Assembly: GCA_965238045.1 (NCBI GenBank)
Contig: CBDEGU010000012.1
Location: 1,685,075-1,749,074 of the forward strand
Direction of reading: 5' to 3'
DNA from: Bryobacterales bacterium
GTDB taxonomy: Bacteria; Acidobacteriota; Terriglobia; Bryobacterales; UBA6623
Length of the DNA stretch: 64,000 bases
Shown here: piece after piece, positions 8,600-18,214 of the stretch
Numbering within the stretch: the stretch's first letter is position 1
Layout: each line of letters opens with the position of its first letter
The notes under the pieces: model-generated
What the model saw: only the letters and a program-made list of their open reading frames with translations
The model's database searches: none
Told to the model about the DNA's origin: nothing
Translations under genes and position numbers: made by a program

Positions 8600-10600
8600 C
8601 TAACGAGTCCTCCCGCCACCACGGCTTCGGCCGCCGCCCCCAGCACCGCCGCGCCCGCCACTGCCAGAACCAGCGCCGGGACCGCCCGAACCTGGGAAGC
8701 CCGCGCCGGGGGACGACTTGGCTCCCGCCCCCTTCTTCTTTTTCGTCTTGCGGCCGCCCTGCTGGTCGGCGGGTCGCTGGAGCGAGATGATTTCTCCTTC
8801 CTCCAGGCCGCTCAAGACCTCTACCCGAGACTCGGTCCTCTTGCCCAGCTCGACCTTGCGAGCCTCCAGGCGCTTCCCCTTCGGCACGTAGACCACCGAA
8901 CCGCTTCGCCCCTCGAACACCGCCTGCACCGGAATGTGGAGCGCGTTGGGAATCCTGTCGATGACGACCTCGGCATCGGCGAGCAGGCCGGGCCGCAGAA
9001 GAACCTCGACATCCGAGCCCTCCCGCGCTGAGGCAGGCAGCCGGGCGTTATCGCGCTCTTCCGCGGAAAACTGCGGGCCGGAGGCCGGCAAAATAAATGC
9101 CTCTTGAGACTGCCCCTGCCCGCCCCTGGCCGCGCCCCGTGCCGTGTCCTGTCCGCCCCGTGCCGCGCCCTGGCCGCCGCGCTCGCCGCCACGGCGCGAG
9201 CCTGCCGATCCGCCGCCGCCCATTTGGGCACGGACCTGCTGGAAGAGCTTGCGCCGCTCTTCCTGGCTCAGCGACTCAATGTCGCGTCCGCCCGCGCGTT
9301 CCTGCATCAACTTGCGAAACCGCTCCCGGTCGCCTCCCGACCCTCGGCGGCGGTTGCCCGTGGCGCTCTTTTCTCGCGCTCCGCCCGCGGCGGCGCTGTT
9401 ACGGCCCGCTGGACTCGCCGCCGCGCTCGCCTGCCCGCTTCCTCCCCGCCGGGATGGGCCGCTGCTGGCCTCGGCCGATCTCGCCGGGTCCGCGGCCGGA
9501 GCACTGCCACGAAAGCGGCGCGCGACCTCGGCTGCCCGGTTTGCCTTGGCGGTCGCTAGAATTCGCTCGATCTGCTGGGGCGATGCGCCGACGTGCGTCA
9601 GCAACTCGCCCATATCCACCGACAGGACGCACTCGAACTTCTTGGTCGCTTCACCGCGAAAGAAGTTCATCGAAGCCGTCCTGCCCACGCGCTTCACCGT
9701 TCCTCTGACCGCCTTTCCGGGCAAGGCATCGAGATAGATCACCGCCTCCTGTCCGACCTGGAGCGAAGCGCGCTCGACCTCCTCGGCTTTGGTCATGAGA
9801 TCCATTTCCGAAAGGTCGAGAAGCTGCACGATGGCCATGCCGGGAGGAATTTGATCTCCCTCCTGCACAGGCGGGCTGGACTGGCCGAAAGAGCGCCCGC
9901 CCGAGCGGTTGTTCAGGATAGAGACCAGTCCACCCAAGGGGGTGAGCACCTTCGCGTTTTCGATGCGCCGTCGTTCCCGGCTGACTTCGAGTTCCGCTTT
10001 CTTGATCTGTTCCCGCAGCACGGCCAGTTCCGCTTCGCGCTCTTGCAGGCGCGATTGAATGTCGGACTCAAGCTTCTCAAGACGTCGTTTCGACTCCTCG
10101 AGGGTGAGTTCGTTCTTGCGGGCGTCAATGGCCGAGATCAGTTCGTTCTGGCGCACATCGAGCGCCGCGCGCCGCACGGCGAATTTCGCGCTCAGCAGTT
10201 CGACCTGGTCCTTGGCGCGGAGGATCTTGAGTTCGACTTCGGCCTTCTTGAGATCCTGCTCGGTCTTGGCGAAATCGAGCAGCGCATCCTCGAGAAAAAC
10301 CCTCCGGTCGGAATCGTCGAACTCGGCAATCAGGTCCTTGGGCCGTGCCAGCGCCCCGGGGGAGGCCAAGCTGGTAATCTGCGACGTCGAGCCCAGGTTC
10401 GGCGCTGTCAGCGTCGTCGAGCGAACCGCTTGCAGGGTCCCGCGCAGGTAAGTTTTCACTTCGAGATCGCCGCGCTTCACCACGGCGAGCGCACGCTCTT
10501 CCCTGTCGGCTGGCATGCGGCCGGCGACGAAATAGTAGGCTCCGCCGGCGATGCCCGCGAGTCCCAGCAGAAGCGCCAGCCGAAAAACGATCTGTTTCAT
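8600..10600 (-). CDS. HlyD/MacA-type periplasmic adaptor with long Arg/Gly-rich low-complexity insert and tail
   Basis: 666-aa ORF with an N-terminal TM, a coiled coil, and lipoyl/beta-barrel-like segments. About 165 residues of G/R/A/S-rich sequence sit in the middle, and there is a C-terminal GGRGGAGGGGRSRGGGRTR tail. Confidence 0.7.
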   Translation of the reverse strand: MKQIVFRLALLLGLAGIAGGAYYFVAGRMPADREERALAVVKRGDLEVKTYLRGTLQAVRSTTLTAPNLGSTSQITSLASPGALARPKDLIAEFDDSDRRVFLEDALLDFAKTEQDLKKAEVELKILRAKDQVELLSAKFAVRRAALDVRQNELISAIDARKNELTLEESKRRLEKLESDIQSRLQEREAELAVLREQIKKAELEVSRERRRIENAKVLTPLGGLVSILNNRSGGRSFGQSSPPVQEGDQIPPGMAIVQLLDLSEMDLMTKAEEVERASLQVGQEAVIYLDALPGKAVRGTVKRVGRTASMNFFRGEATKKFECVLSVDMGELLTHVGASPQQIERILATAKANRAAEVARRFRGSAPAADPARSAEASSGPSRRGGSGQASAAASPAGRNSAAAGGAREKSATGNRRRGSGGDRERFRKLMQERAGGRDIESLSQEERRKLFQQVRAQMGGGGSAGSRRGGERGGQGAARGGQDTARGAARGGQGQSQEAFILPASGPQFSAEERDNARLPASAREGSDVEVLLRPGLLADAEVVIDRIPNALHIPVQAVFEGRSGSVVYVPKGKRLEARKVELGKRTESRVEVLSGLEEGEIISLQRPADQQGGRKTKKKKGAGAKSSPGAGFPGSGGPGAGSGSGGRGGAGGGGRSRGGGRTR

Positions 10601-10634
10601 ATCGATTCCACTCTATCCATTCTGGCCGTTGCTG

Positions 10635-11894
10635 CTAGCCTTTTGGGTTTGCGAGGATCGGATTTTCCAGCGCGATCACCTCGCCTTCCTTGAGCGCATC
10701 GCCGACCACGATCTCGGTCGCGTTCCGCGCCAGTACCTTGATGCGCTGTTTTCGAAAACCACTCCCTTGGCGGACAAAAACGGTCGGCTCGCCATCGACC
10801 TGGAAACTCGCCCTGGTCGGTATGATCAAAACGCCGGGCCGCTGTTCGACGATCACTTCCACGCTGGCGCTCATGCCGGGCCGCAACTGCGCATCCATAT
10901 TGTCAATCGTGGCCTGAGCGGGGAAGTTCTTCTCGGGGGGGAAGCGCCGGAACAGCAAGGTCGCAATCGGGCTAAGCCAGTCGATCGATCCCTCAAAGAC
11001 GGTGCCAGGCGCCGCGTCGACCCGTATCCGCACGTGCTGGCCGACGCTGGCCCGGCCGCGGTCGATTTCTTCCACCCGAAATTCAACCCGCATGGAGGAG
11101 AGATTCGGAATTTCCGCGATGTCGGCCCCCGCCCAGACCGTGTCGCCTTCTTGAAACGGCGGCCGGTTTCGTCTCGACGAACCTTGCGCCCGGGAATTGG
11201 ATTTGATCTGTACAATGCCGTCGGCCGGAGCGCGGAGAATCATATTGCGGAGGTAGGTCTTGGTGAGATCCAGATCTCGAATCGCCTTGTTCTTGCGTTC
11301 TGTCAGGCGAGTGATGTCGGCTTCTTGAGAGATATCGGTCGCTTGGGCGGTGGTTTTCGCCTTGCTCAACTCTCCGCCGGAAACATCGACATCAATGCGG
11401 TTCTTCAGACCCTCGATTTCCGACAGAATTTCCTGTTTGCTGGCCTCGAGCTTGGCGCGTTCCAGGTTGTATTCCGAACTCATGACCAGCATCGCGTTCA
11501 GCTCGTCGGCGATGGAATGCTGTGCTCTGGCCTGGACGATCTCGCTGTCGACCTGGCGCACCTCGGTGGCGCGCTGCACGAAGCGCTCTTCCTGGACCGA
11601 ACCGTCGAACTCGACGACGATCTCACCCTTCTTGATCGGCTTGCCGTCCTCGGCCAGACGAACAATCTTCAAATCCGGCGTCGGCGGCGTCGTGATCTTT
11701 ACCGATTCAGTCGCCTTGACCTCGCCCCTGGCGCGGATCGACATGATGAATTCACGCCTCTCGACCCGGGCCGTGGGCACTTCCCGCGCGGCGGGCGCAT
11801 AGAGCTGAAGGCCCAAATAGGCCCCGGCGAGCAAGAGCAGAAAAATCACGCTCCAGCGGCGGAACTGGTCTTTGGCGTTAGCTGTCACTGCCAT
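10635..11894 (-). CDS. HlyD-family periplasmic adaptor
   Basis: 419-aa ORF with an N-terminal TM, a coiled-coil hairpin and beta-barrel segments. It lies directly upstream of the second adaptor. Confidence 0.75.
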   Translation of the reverse strand: MAVTANAKDQFRRWSVIFLLLLAGAYLGLQLYAPAAREVPTARVERREFIMSIRARGEVKATESVKITTPPTPDLKIVRLAEDGKPIKKGEIVVEFDGSVQEERFVQRATEVRQVDSEIVQARAQHSIADELNAMLVMSSEYNLERAKLEASKQEILSEIEGLKNRIDVDVSGGELSKAKTTAQATDISQEADITRLTERKNKAIRDLDLTKTYLRNMILRAPADGIVQIKSNSRAQGSSRRNRPPFQEGDTVWAGADIAEIPNLSSMRVEFRVEEIDRGRASVGQHVRIRVDAAPGTVFEGSIDWLSPIATLLFRRFPPEKNFPAQATIDNMDAQLRPGMSASVEVIVEQRPGVLIIPTRASFQVDGEPTVFVRQGSGFRKQRIKVLARNATEIVVGDALKEGEVIALENPILANPKG

Positions 11895-12023
11895 GTTTTT
11901 AGGTAGAACTCCCGCGAGCCGGCGGCTGAGCCGGCCCCTCTACTGTTCAGACGTTAGCATTGCCGGAAAGTTATCGTCGTGCTCAAGAAAAACCCTCAGG
12001 CCGCTCTTGGAATCGAATCGCCT

Positions 12024-15000
12024 CTAATCGCCGGCGGACTCGGCCGGACGAAGTCCGGCGGCGGCGCGGCGCGCCTCCCGCCTCGCTTGAGCGCTTTCCG
12101 CCCAACCCTCGAGCGTCAGATACACCACGGGAATAAACACCAAGGTAATGAGGGTCGATGTTGTCAGCCCGCCAATGACCACGCGCGCCATCGGAGCCTG
12201 CAGTTCTCCGCCCTCGCCCAGTCCCAGCGCCATGGGCGACAAGCCCAGAATGGTCGTAACGGTTGTCATCAGAATCGGGCGCAACCGCCGCTTCCCGGCC
12301 GTGAGGACCGCCTCCCGCAGGGCGAATCCATGCTCCCGGCGCAAGAGATTCGTGTAGTCGATCAAAACGATGGCGTTGTTTACGACGATGCCGAGCAGCA
12401 CAATGATACCCAAGAAACCCTGCATGTTAAAGGTCGTTTCGGTGAGCAGCAGCATCATCACGACCCCGATCACCGCCAGTGGAATCGAGAACAAGATGAT
12501 GAACGGGTCGCGCAGCGACTCAAACTGCGCGGCCATCACCATGTACACCAGAACCAGCGCCAGCAGGGCGGCAAAGGTCATCTGCTGGAAGGCTTCCTGC
12601 TGTTCCTCGTACTCGCCGCCGAAACGGAATTCGTAGTCCGCCGGGCGCTCGATGGCGTCCAGTTTCACTTTCAGGTCTGCCACGACGCTTCCCAGATCCC
12701 GGTCCGCGATCGTTCCGGTGACCGCAATGATGCGCTGCTGGTCGGCCCGCGTGATTTCGGTGGACCCTTCCTGGCGCCGCATGCGCACCACGCTCTCCAC
12801 CGGGATCGAACTGCCGTCGGGCAGCATGAGCGGGACATTGCTCACCTGCCCCAGGTTGAGCCGGTCCTCCTCGCGCAGGCGGACCAGGATGTCATACTCG
12901 TCGCCCTGTTCGCGATAGAAGGAGGCGCGCGTTCCCCCGATGGCTGTTTCCAGCGTATCGGCGACATCGGCGACCGAAAGGCCCAGGCTGCTGGCCTTGG
13001 CCCGGTCGACCGAGATCAGCATCTCGGGAACGCCAGGCTGGCGGCTCAACTGAGCGCTGACGACGCCGGGAACGGTCGTCATGGCGTTGCGAACCTCTTC
13101 GGAGAGCCGCATGATGGTTGCCAGGTCGTGGCCTCGCACCTCGACCGAAAGGCGGTCCTCGCCTCCGAAGCCGCTGCCCCGGCGGCGGAACATGCCGCTG
13201 CTGACGCGCGTTCGCACCAGCATCCCTGGTTCGAGCTGCATCAAGGGCCGCAGGTGGGCGACGACATCGGCGGCCGAACGCTCTCTCTTGCTCTGTTCCA
13301 CCAGGTCGATTCGCATACGGCCTTCGTTCATTCCGCGGAAGTAGTAGCTGCTGTTGCTGCCCGCCTCGGTCATGATGTACTCGGCTTCTGGCGCCATCTC
13401 CTTGACGATCTTCGCCATTCTCTGGATCGTGGCGTCGGTAACATCGACCCGGGTGCCGGGCTCGAGTTTCAATTCGATGCGGATCTGGCCCTCGTCGACT
13501 TCCGGCTGGAGTTCCACGCCGATCAACTCCATCGACCGGTAGGAGCCGTAGAAAAGCAAGACGGCCAGCCCGACCACGACCGCCCGATGATCGAGCGACC
13601 AGCTCAGCGCCCGGCCATAGGAGCTGGTCCAGCCATCCTGCACCGACCCCATCCAGCGGTAGACGGCGCCGGCGATGCCTCGCGGCTCGCCTCTCGATCC
13701 GCCGAGATACCGCGAGCAGAGCGCCGGGACCACCGTGAGCGCGATCAGCAGCGAACATAACAGCGAGAACGAGACGACCCAGGCCAGTTGCTGGAAGGTC
13801 TGAGCCGAAACGCCGCCCAGGAACAGGACGGGCACGAAGACGGCGATCGTCGTCAGCGTGGACGCGGTGATGGCCATGCCCACTTCGCGGCTGCCGACAA
13901 CGGCGGCTGTCTTCATGTCCTTGCCCTGTTGGCGGTGCCGGAAGACATTCTCCAGCACCACGATCGCGTTATCGACCAGCATGCCCACGCCCAGCGCCAA
14001 GCCGCCGAACGAAACCGTGTTCAGCGTGAAACCGTTGAAGTACATCAGCGCGAACGTCGCGATCACCGAGATGGGAATGGCGACGCCGATGATGGCCATG
14101 CTCGAAAAACTGCGCAGGAAGAACAGCAGGACGATGATGGCCAGGCCGCCGCCGGCGATCGCAGCATCCTGCACGTTGTGAATCGAGGCCCGGATGAAGT
14201 TCGCCGAGTCCCAGGTGCTTTCGATGTGTACCGGCAGGCCGTCGGTGTGAATCCGCTCGACTTCCTTCCAGACCTGGTCGGAGACCTTGACGGTGTTGGC
14301 GCCCGATTGCTTGTAGATGTACATCCGAATGGCCGATTCCCCGTTCACCCGGACGACATAACGTATCTCCTCGTGAGAATCCTCGACCGTGGCGATATCG
14401 CGCAAATAGACGGCCACCCCGTTGCGGCTCGTGACCGAGACATTGAGGATGTCGGCGAGACTCTTGAACTCACCCTGGGTGCGCAGCAAGACCTCGTATC
14501 TGCCTTCGCGAACCGGCCCCACCGGGCGGTTGAGGTTTTCACGTCGCAGCGTCTGCACCACGCTGGCCACCGACAAGTTCAGCGCGCGGAGTTTCTTCAA
14601 ATCGAGATAGACGTGAATTTGACGCCGCAGGCCGCCGCTGATGCCGATCTGCGCGACCCCGGGAACTCGCTCGATACGGTACTGCAGGTTCTTCTCGGCG
14701 AAGTGGCGCAGCTTCTTGGCGTCCATTTCTTGCGACGCCACCGAGAGAAACATGATTGGGAATTGCGAGACGTCGAACTTCAACATCACCGGCGGCTCGA
14801 TGTCTTCTGGAAGCGAGCGGCGGCGGCGGTCGAGACGGGAGCGTAATTCATTCGCCGCCTCGTCCAAGTCGGTGCCGAAGGTGAAGCGGACGCGAACGTT
14901 GGAGTTTCCCTCGGCCGAGCGGGAGGTGATCTCTTCGACGCCCGGCGCCGCGGCCAGAGCTTCTGAGTTTCCATCTCCTCCGGCGCCACGCCCTCGTAGC

Positions 15001-15148
15001 GGGTGCTGACACTGATGGTGGGATACTCGATCTCCGGCATCAGATCGACCGAAATGTTGAGAAACGAGATGACCCCGAGCAGCATGGCGATCATGCACCC
15101 CATCAGAACCGTGACCGGCCGGTGGATAGAAAACTCCGGTAGACTCAT
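12024..15148 (-). pseudogene. RND (AcrB/HAE1-type) efflux transporter with a broken reading frame near codon 68
   Basis: The true N-terminus MSLPEFSIHRPVTVLMG...APEEMETQ (ATG 15148, preceded by GAGGAGGAG) runs out of frame. The rest (...EALAAAPGVEEITSRSAEG... to stop 12024) is in another frame. The junction lies at about 14946-14968. Confidence 0.7.
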
Positions 15149-15222
15149 TTCGTTCTCCTCCTCTTTCACGGCGGCCGGGCGCCGTTCCCAAGCGGATGCA
15201 TCGGCTCGGGCGTCTCTCCTCT

Positions 15223-16497
15223 CTACTCGGCTTTTCCGGTCGCTGCTCCGCCCGGTGTTGTTCCCGAGCCCTGCGCGCCGCTTCCGGCCGCGCCGGCTCC
15301 AGATGGATCGGCGCTAGCCTGTGAAGCGGCGCTTTCCGGCTCGGACTCGACCATCGAGATACGGTCGCCGGCTTCGAGCATCGTGGCGCCCCGTCCTACG
15401 ATTCTGACTCCCGGATCGAGATTCGCCAAAACCTCGACATCATCCTCCCGCGTCAGTCCGGTTTCGATCACCCGAAACACGGGCTGGTCGCCCTCGATGA
15501 CATAGACGCCGGGCTGGCTGCCCCGGTAGACGAGGCCCTCACGGGGAATGAGAATCGCCTCGCGCATCATTCCAGTTTCGAGCTGGATTCGGACAAACAT
15601 TTCCGCCTTTAGCAGGTTGTCGCTGTTGGGCACGTCGATCTCGACCAGAACCGTGCGGGTCGCGGCGTCGAGAACCGGCGCGATCCGCGCGATCCGTCCG
15701 CGGAACGTGCGTCCGGGAATGGCGTCGACTTCGATCTTGGCCAGATTGCCGATGGCCAGACGTCCGAGGTTTCGCTCGGGCACGTTGGCCAGAGTAATCA
15801 TGGTTGAGAGATTGACAATCTTGAGAATCGGGTTCGACGGGCCCAGCAGCGCCCCGGTGTCGACATATCGCTCGGCGACAAAGCCGCTCATTGAGGCATA
15901 AATCTTCGCTTGCCCTAGACGAATTTTCAATTCCGTCAGTTCCGCCTCGGCCTGCTGGGTTTGCGCCTTGGCGAATTCCACCTGGGCGTCGGCTACCGCG
16001 AGCCGGGTTTTGGTCGAGGCTTGGTCCTGAGGCGAGATCAGGCCGTCGTCGAGAAGGCTCTTGGCGCGCGCCAGTTCGGCACGGGCATTCTCCCGTTCGG
16101 CGGCCCGCTGTGCCGACAAGGCGCGGGTGACGCCGATCGACGCCACTGCCCTCTTGACCTGCTGCTGAAGCTCGTCGTCCTCGAGTTCCGCGATCAGATC
16201 GCCCACCTCGACGCGGTCGCCAATCTCGAAGTAGATCTTTTCAACCCGCCCGGTCGCCTTGGCGGTGACATTGACCTCTTCCTTGGCCTTGAGCGCTCCG
16301 GTCAGAAGCAAGTCGTCGCGCAAGGTTCCGAGCCGCACCCTGTTCACACTGACCGTAATGACGCGCCCTCCCCCTTTCTTTTTCTTGGCGCTTGGTTGCG
16401 CCTGTTTCTGCTGAATTTCATAGATGCGGTCGCCGGCGAAGAAAAGCAGGCCGCCGCCAATCAGAATCCATACGGAGCGCTTGATCCAGATGTTCAA
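15223..16497 (-). CDS. RND efflux periplasmic adaptor (MFP)
   Basis: 424-aa ORF (TTG start) with an N-terminal TM, a coiled coil, and beta-barrel/MP domains. It lies directly upstream of the RND gene. Confidence 0.8.
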   Translation of the reverse strand: MNIWIKRSVWILIGGGLLFFAGDRIYEIQQKQAQPSAKKKKGGGRVITVSVNRVRLGTLRDDLLLTGALKAKEEVNVTAKATGRVEKIYFEIGDRVEVGDLIAELEDDELQQQVKRAVASIGVTRALSAQRAAERENARAELARAKSLLDDGLISPQDQASTKTRLAVADAQVEFAKAQTQQAEAELTELKIRLGQAKIYASMSGFVAERYVDTGALLGPSNPILKIVNLSTMITLANVPERNLGRLAIGNLAKIEVDAIPGRTFRGRIARIAPVLDAATRTVLVEIDVPNSDNLLKAEMFVRIQLETGMMREAILIPREGLVYRGSQPGVYVIEGDQPVFRVIETGLTREDDVEVLANLDPGVRIVGRGATMLEAGDRISMVESEPESAASQASADPSGAGAAGSGAQGSGTTPGGAATGKAE

Positions 16498-16550
16498 GGG
16501 TTTTCCTTTGTCAAATAGGTGCTTCGCTCAGCGGGGGAAGGCCTTCATGC

Positions 16551-16565
16551 GCGATGCGCGCACCA
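16551..16565 (-). promoter_or_regulatory. Candidate sigma54 (-24/-12) promoter for the RND operon
   Basis: The minus strand reads TGGTGCGCGCATCGC, with the GG-N10-GC spacing of TGGCAC-N5-TTGC. It ends 53 nt upstream of the MFP start and lies downstream of a sigma54-dependent activator gene. Confidence 0.3.
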
Positions 16566-16759
16566 TCCGGCACTCGTAGAGTATCTCATGGTTGCGGGAA
16601 ACATTATCGAGGAAGAAAACGCCCGCCGCCGGGATAATTTCTCCGAGCCGGCCACCCATGCGTGAAGTCACCACTCCAAATATAGGGTCGCATTCTTGCC
16701 CAAAATGGTTACGCCGCGAGGGCGGCGAGATGGAGGGCGGCACTTGCCGTGGCGCCGGT

Positions 16760-18214
16760 CTATCCGCCCTCGCCCTTCTTGTGGACGGGAACATGGAGCC
16801 GCTGAATCTTTTGGTTCAGCGTGGAGAGCGCCACGCGCAGGCGTTTCGCGCACTCGGTCTGACTTCCGCCGCACTTTTCCAGCTCGTCGCTGAGCAGACG
16901 GCGCTCGAACTCTTCCATGATCTCTGGCAGGCTGGCGCCGGCGGAAGGTTTGAAATTCGACGGGATACGCGGCCGCTCGATGCCGTTGGAAGCCAGCAGG
17001 GCATCGGGCAGAGCTTCGACCGGAACCTCGGGACCGGCCGCGAGCACGACCGCTCGCTCGATGACATTCTCCAGCTCGCGGACATTACCGGGCCAGCCGT
17101 AGTTCATGCAGACATTCATCGCGTCGGCGGAGAAGTGCAGCGTGGAGCGCTGCTCCTGGTCGAGGAAGCGTCCGTTTTCCTGGCAGTACTTGGTGAAGAA
17201 GTGCTCGACGAGCAGAGGAACGTCCTCCAAGCGCTCGCGCAGCGGCGGCAGGTCGATGGGGATGACGTCGAGACGGTAATACAGGTCCTCGCGGAACTGC
17301 CCCTGTTCGATGAGCGACTGCAGGTCGGTGTTCGTCGCGGCGACAATGCGAACGTCGACCCGAACGGTCTCGGTCGAGCCAACGGCCATGAATTCTCGCT
17401 CCTGGATCACGCGCAGCAGCTTGGCCTGGGTTTCGAGGCCCAGCGTGCCGACCTCGTCGAGGAAAATCGTTCCGCCGCCGGCCCGGTCAAAGCAGCCTTT
17501 TTGCGTCTGGGTCGCTCCGGTGAAAGCGCCCCGTACGTGGCCGAAGAGCCGAGACTCAAGCAGGTCAATCGGGATCGAACCCGTGTTGACGGCCACAAAC
17601 GACCCTCCCGCGCGAGGCGAATGAGAGTGGATCGCTCGCGCGATGAGTTCCTTGCCCGTGCCGCTGTCGCCATGGATGAGAACGGTCGAGCGAGATTTTG
17701 CCACCTGGGCGACTAGTTCGAAGACTCGCCGCATCACTTCGCTCTTCCCGATCAGGTTCGCAAAGCTCGAAGTGCGCCGCAAGGCGTCGCGCAGTTCGGC
17801 GTTCTCGACTTCCAGGCGGTGCTGCCGGATAGATTTCTCGATCTCAAGCAGCAGCTTGTCGTTGTTCCACGGCTTGGTCAGGAAGTCGTTCGCGCCGCCC
17901 TTGATGGCCTGCACCGCGTTTTCGACCGAACCGTAAGCGGTGAGCATCAGGATCGGAGTGCCGCTATCGGTCTTGCGGATCTCCTCGACAACTTCGAGGC
18001 CGCTGCGGTCGGACAGCATCAGATCCAGCAGCACCAGGTCGAAGCTCTCCGAGTGCAGCGCCAGAAGGCCCTCCGCCGCGTCCTCGGCCGTCTGGGACTC
18101 ATAACCCTCAAGATCGAGCAGCGTGGAAAGGCTGTCACGAATCGCCTCTTCGTCATCGACGATGAGGATGCGCCCCTTCGCGCGGACGCTTGGTGCGGCT
18201 TGCCGCCTAGACAT
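16760..18214 (-). CDS. Sigma54-dependent (NtrC-family) response regulator
   Basis: 484 aa. It has a receiver domain (ILIVDDE...DLVLLDLML), an AAA+ domain (GDSGTGKELIARAIH, GAFTGA, ESRLFGH) and a C-terminal Fis-type HTH. Confidence 0.9.
   Translation of the reverse strand: MSRRQAAPSVRAKGRILIVDDEEAIRDSLSTLLDLEGYESQTAEDAAEGLLALHSESFDLVLLDLMLSDRSGLEVVEEIRKTDSGTPILMLTAYGSVENAVQAIKGGANDFLTKPWNNDKLLLEIEKSIRQHRLEVENAELRDALRRTSSFANLIGKSEVMRRVFELVAQVAKSRSTVLIHGDSGTGKELIARAIHSHSPRAGGSFVAVNTGSIPIDLLESRLFGHVRGAFTGATQTQKGCFDRAGGGTIFLDEVGTLGLETQAKLLRVIQEREFMAVGSTETVRVDVRIVAATNTDLQSLIEQGQFREDLYYRLDVIPIDLPPLRERLEDVPLLVEHFFTKYCQENGRFLDQEQRSTLHFSADAMNVCMNYGWPGNVRELENVIERAVVLAAGPEVPVEALPDALLASNGIERPRIPSNFKPSAGASLPEIMEEFERRLLSDELEKCGGSQTECAKRLRVALSTLNQKIQRLHVPVHKKGEGG

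Noticed and set aside
16685-16699. GGGTCGCATTCTTGC on the plus strand fits GG-N10-GC sigma54 spacing
   Set aside because: It points away from the efflux operon into the antisense of the regulator gene, with no plus-strand gene downstream.
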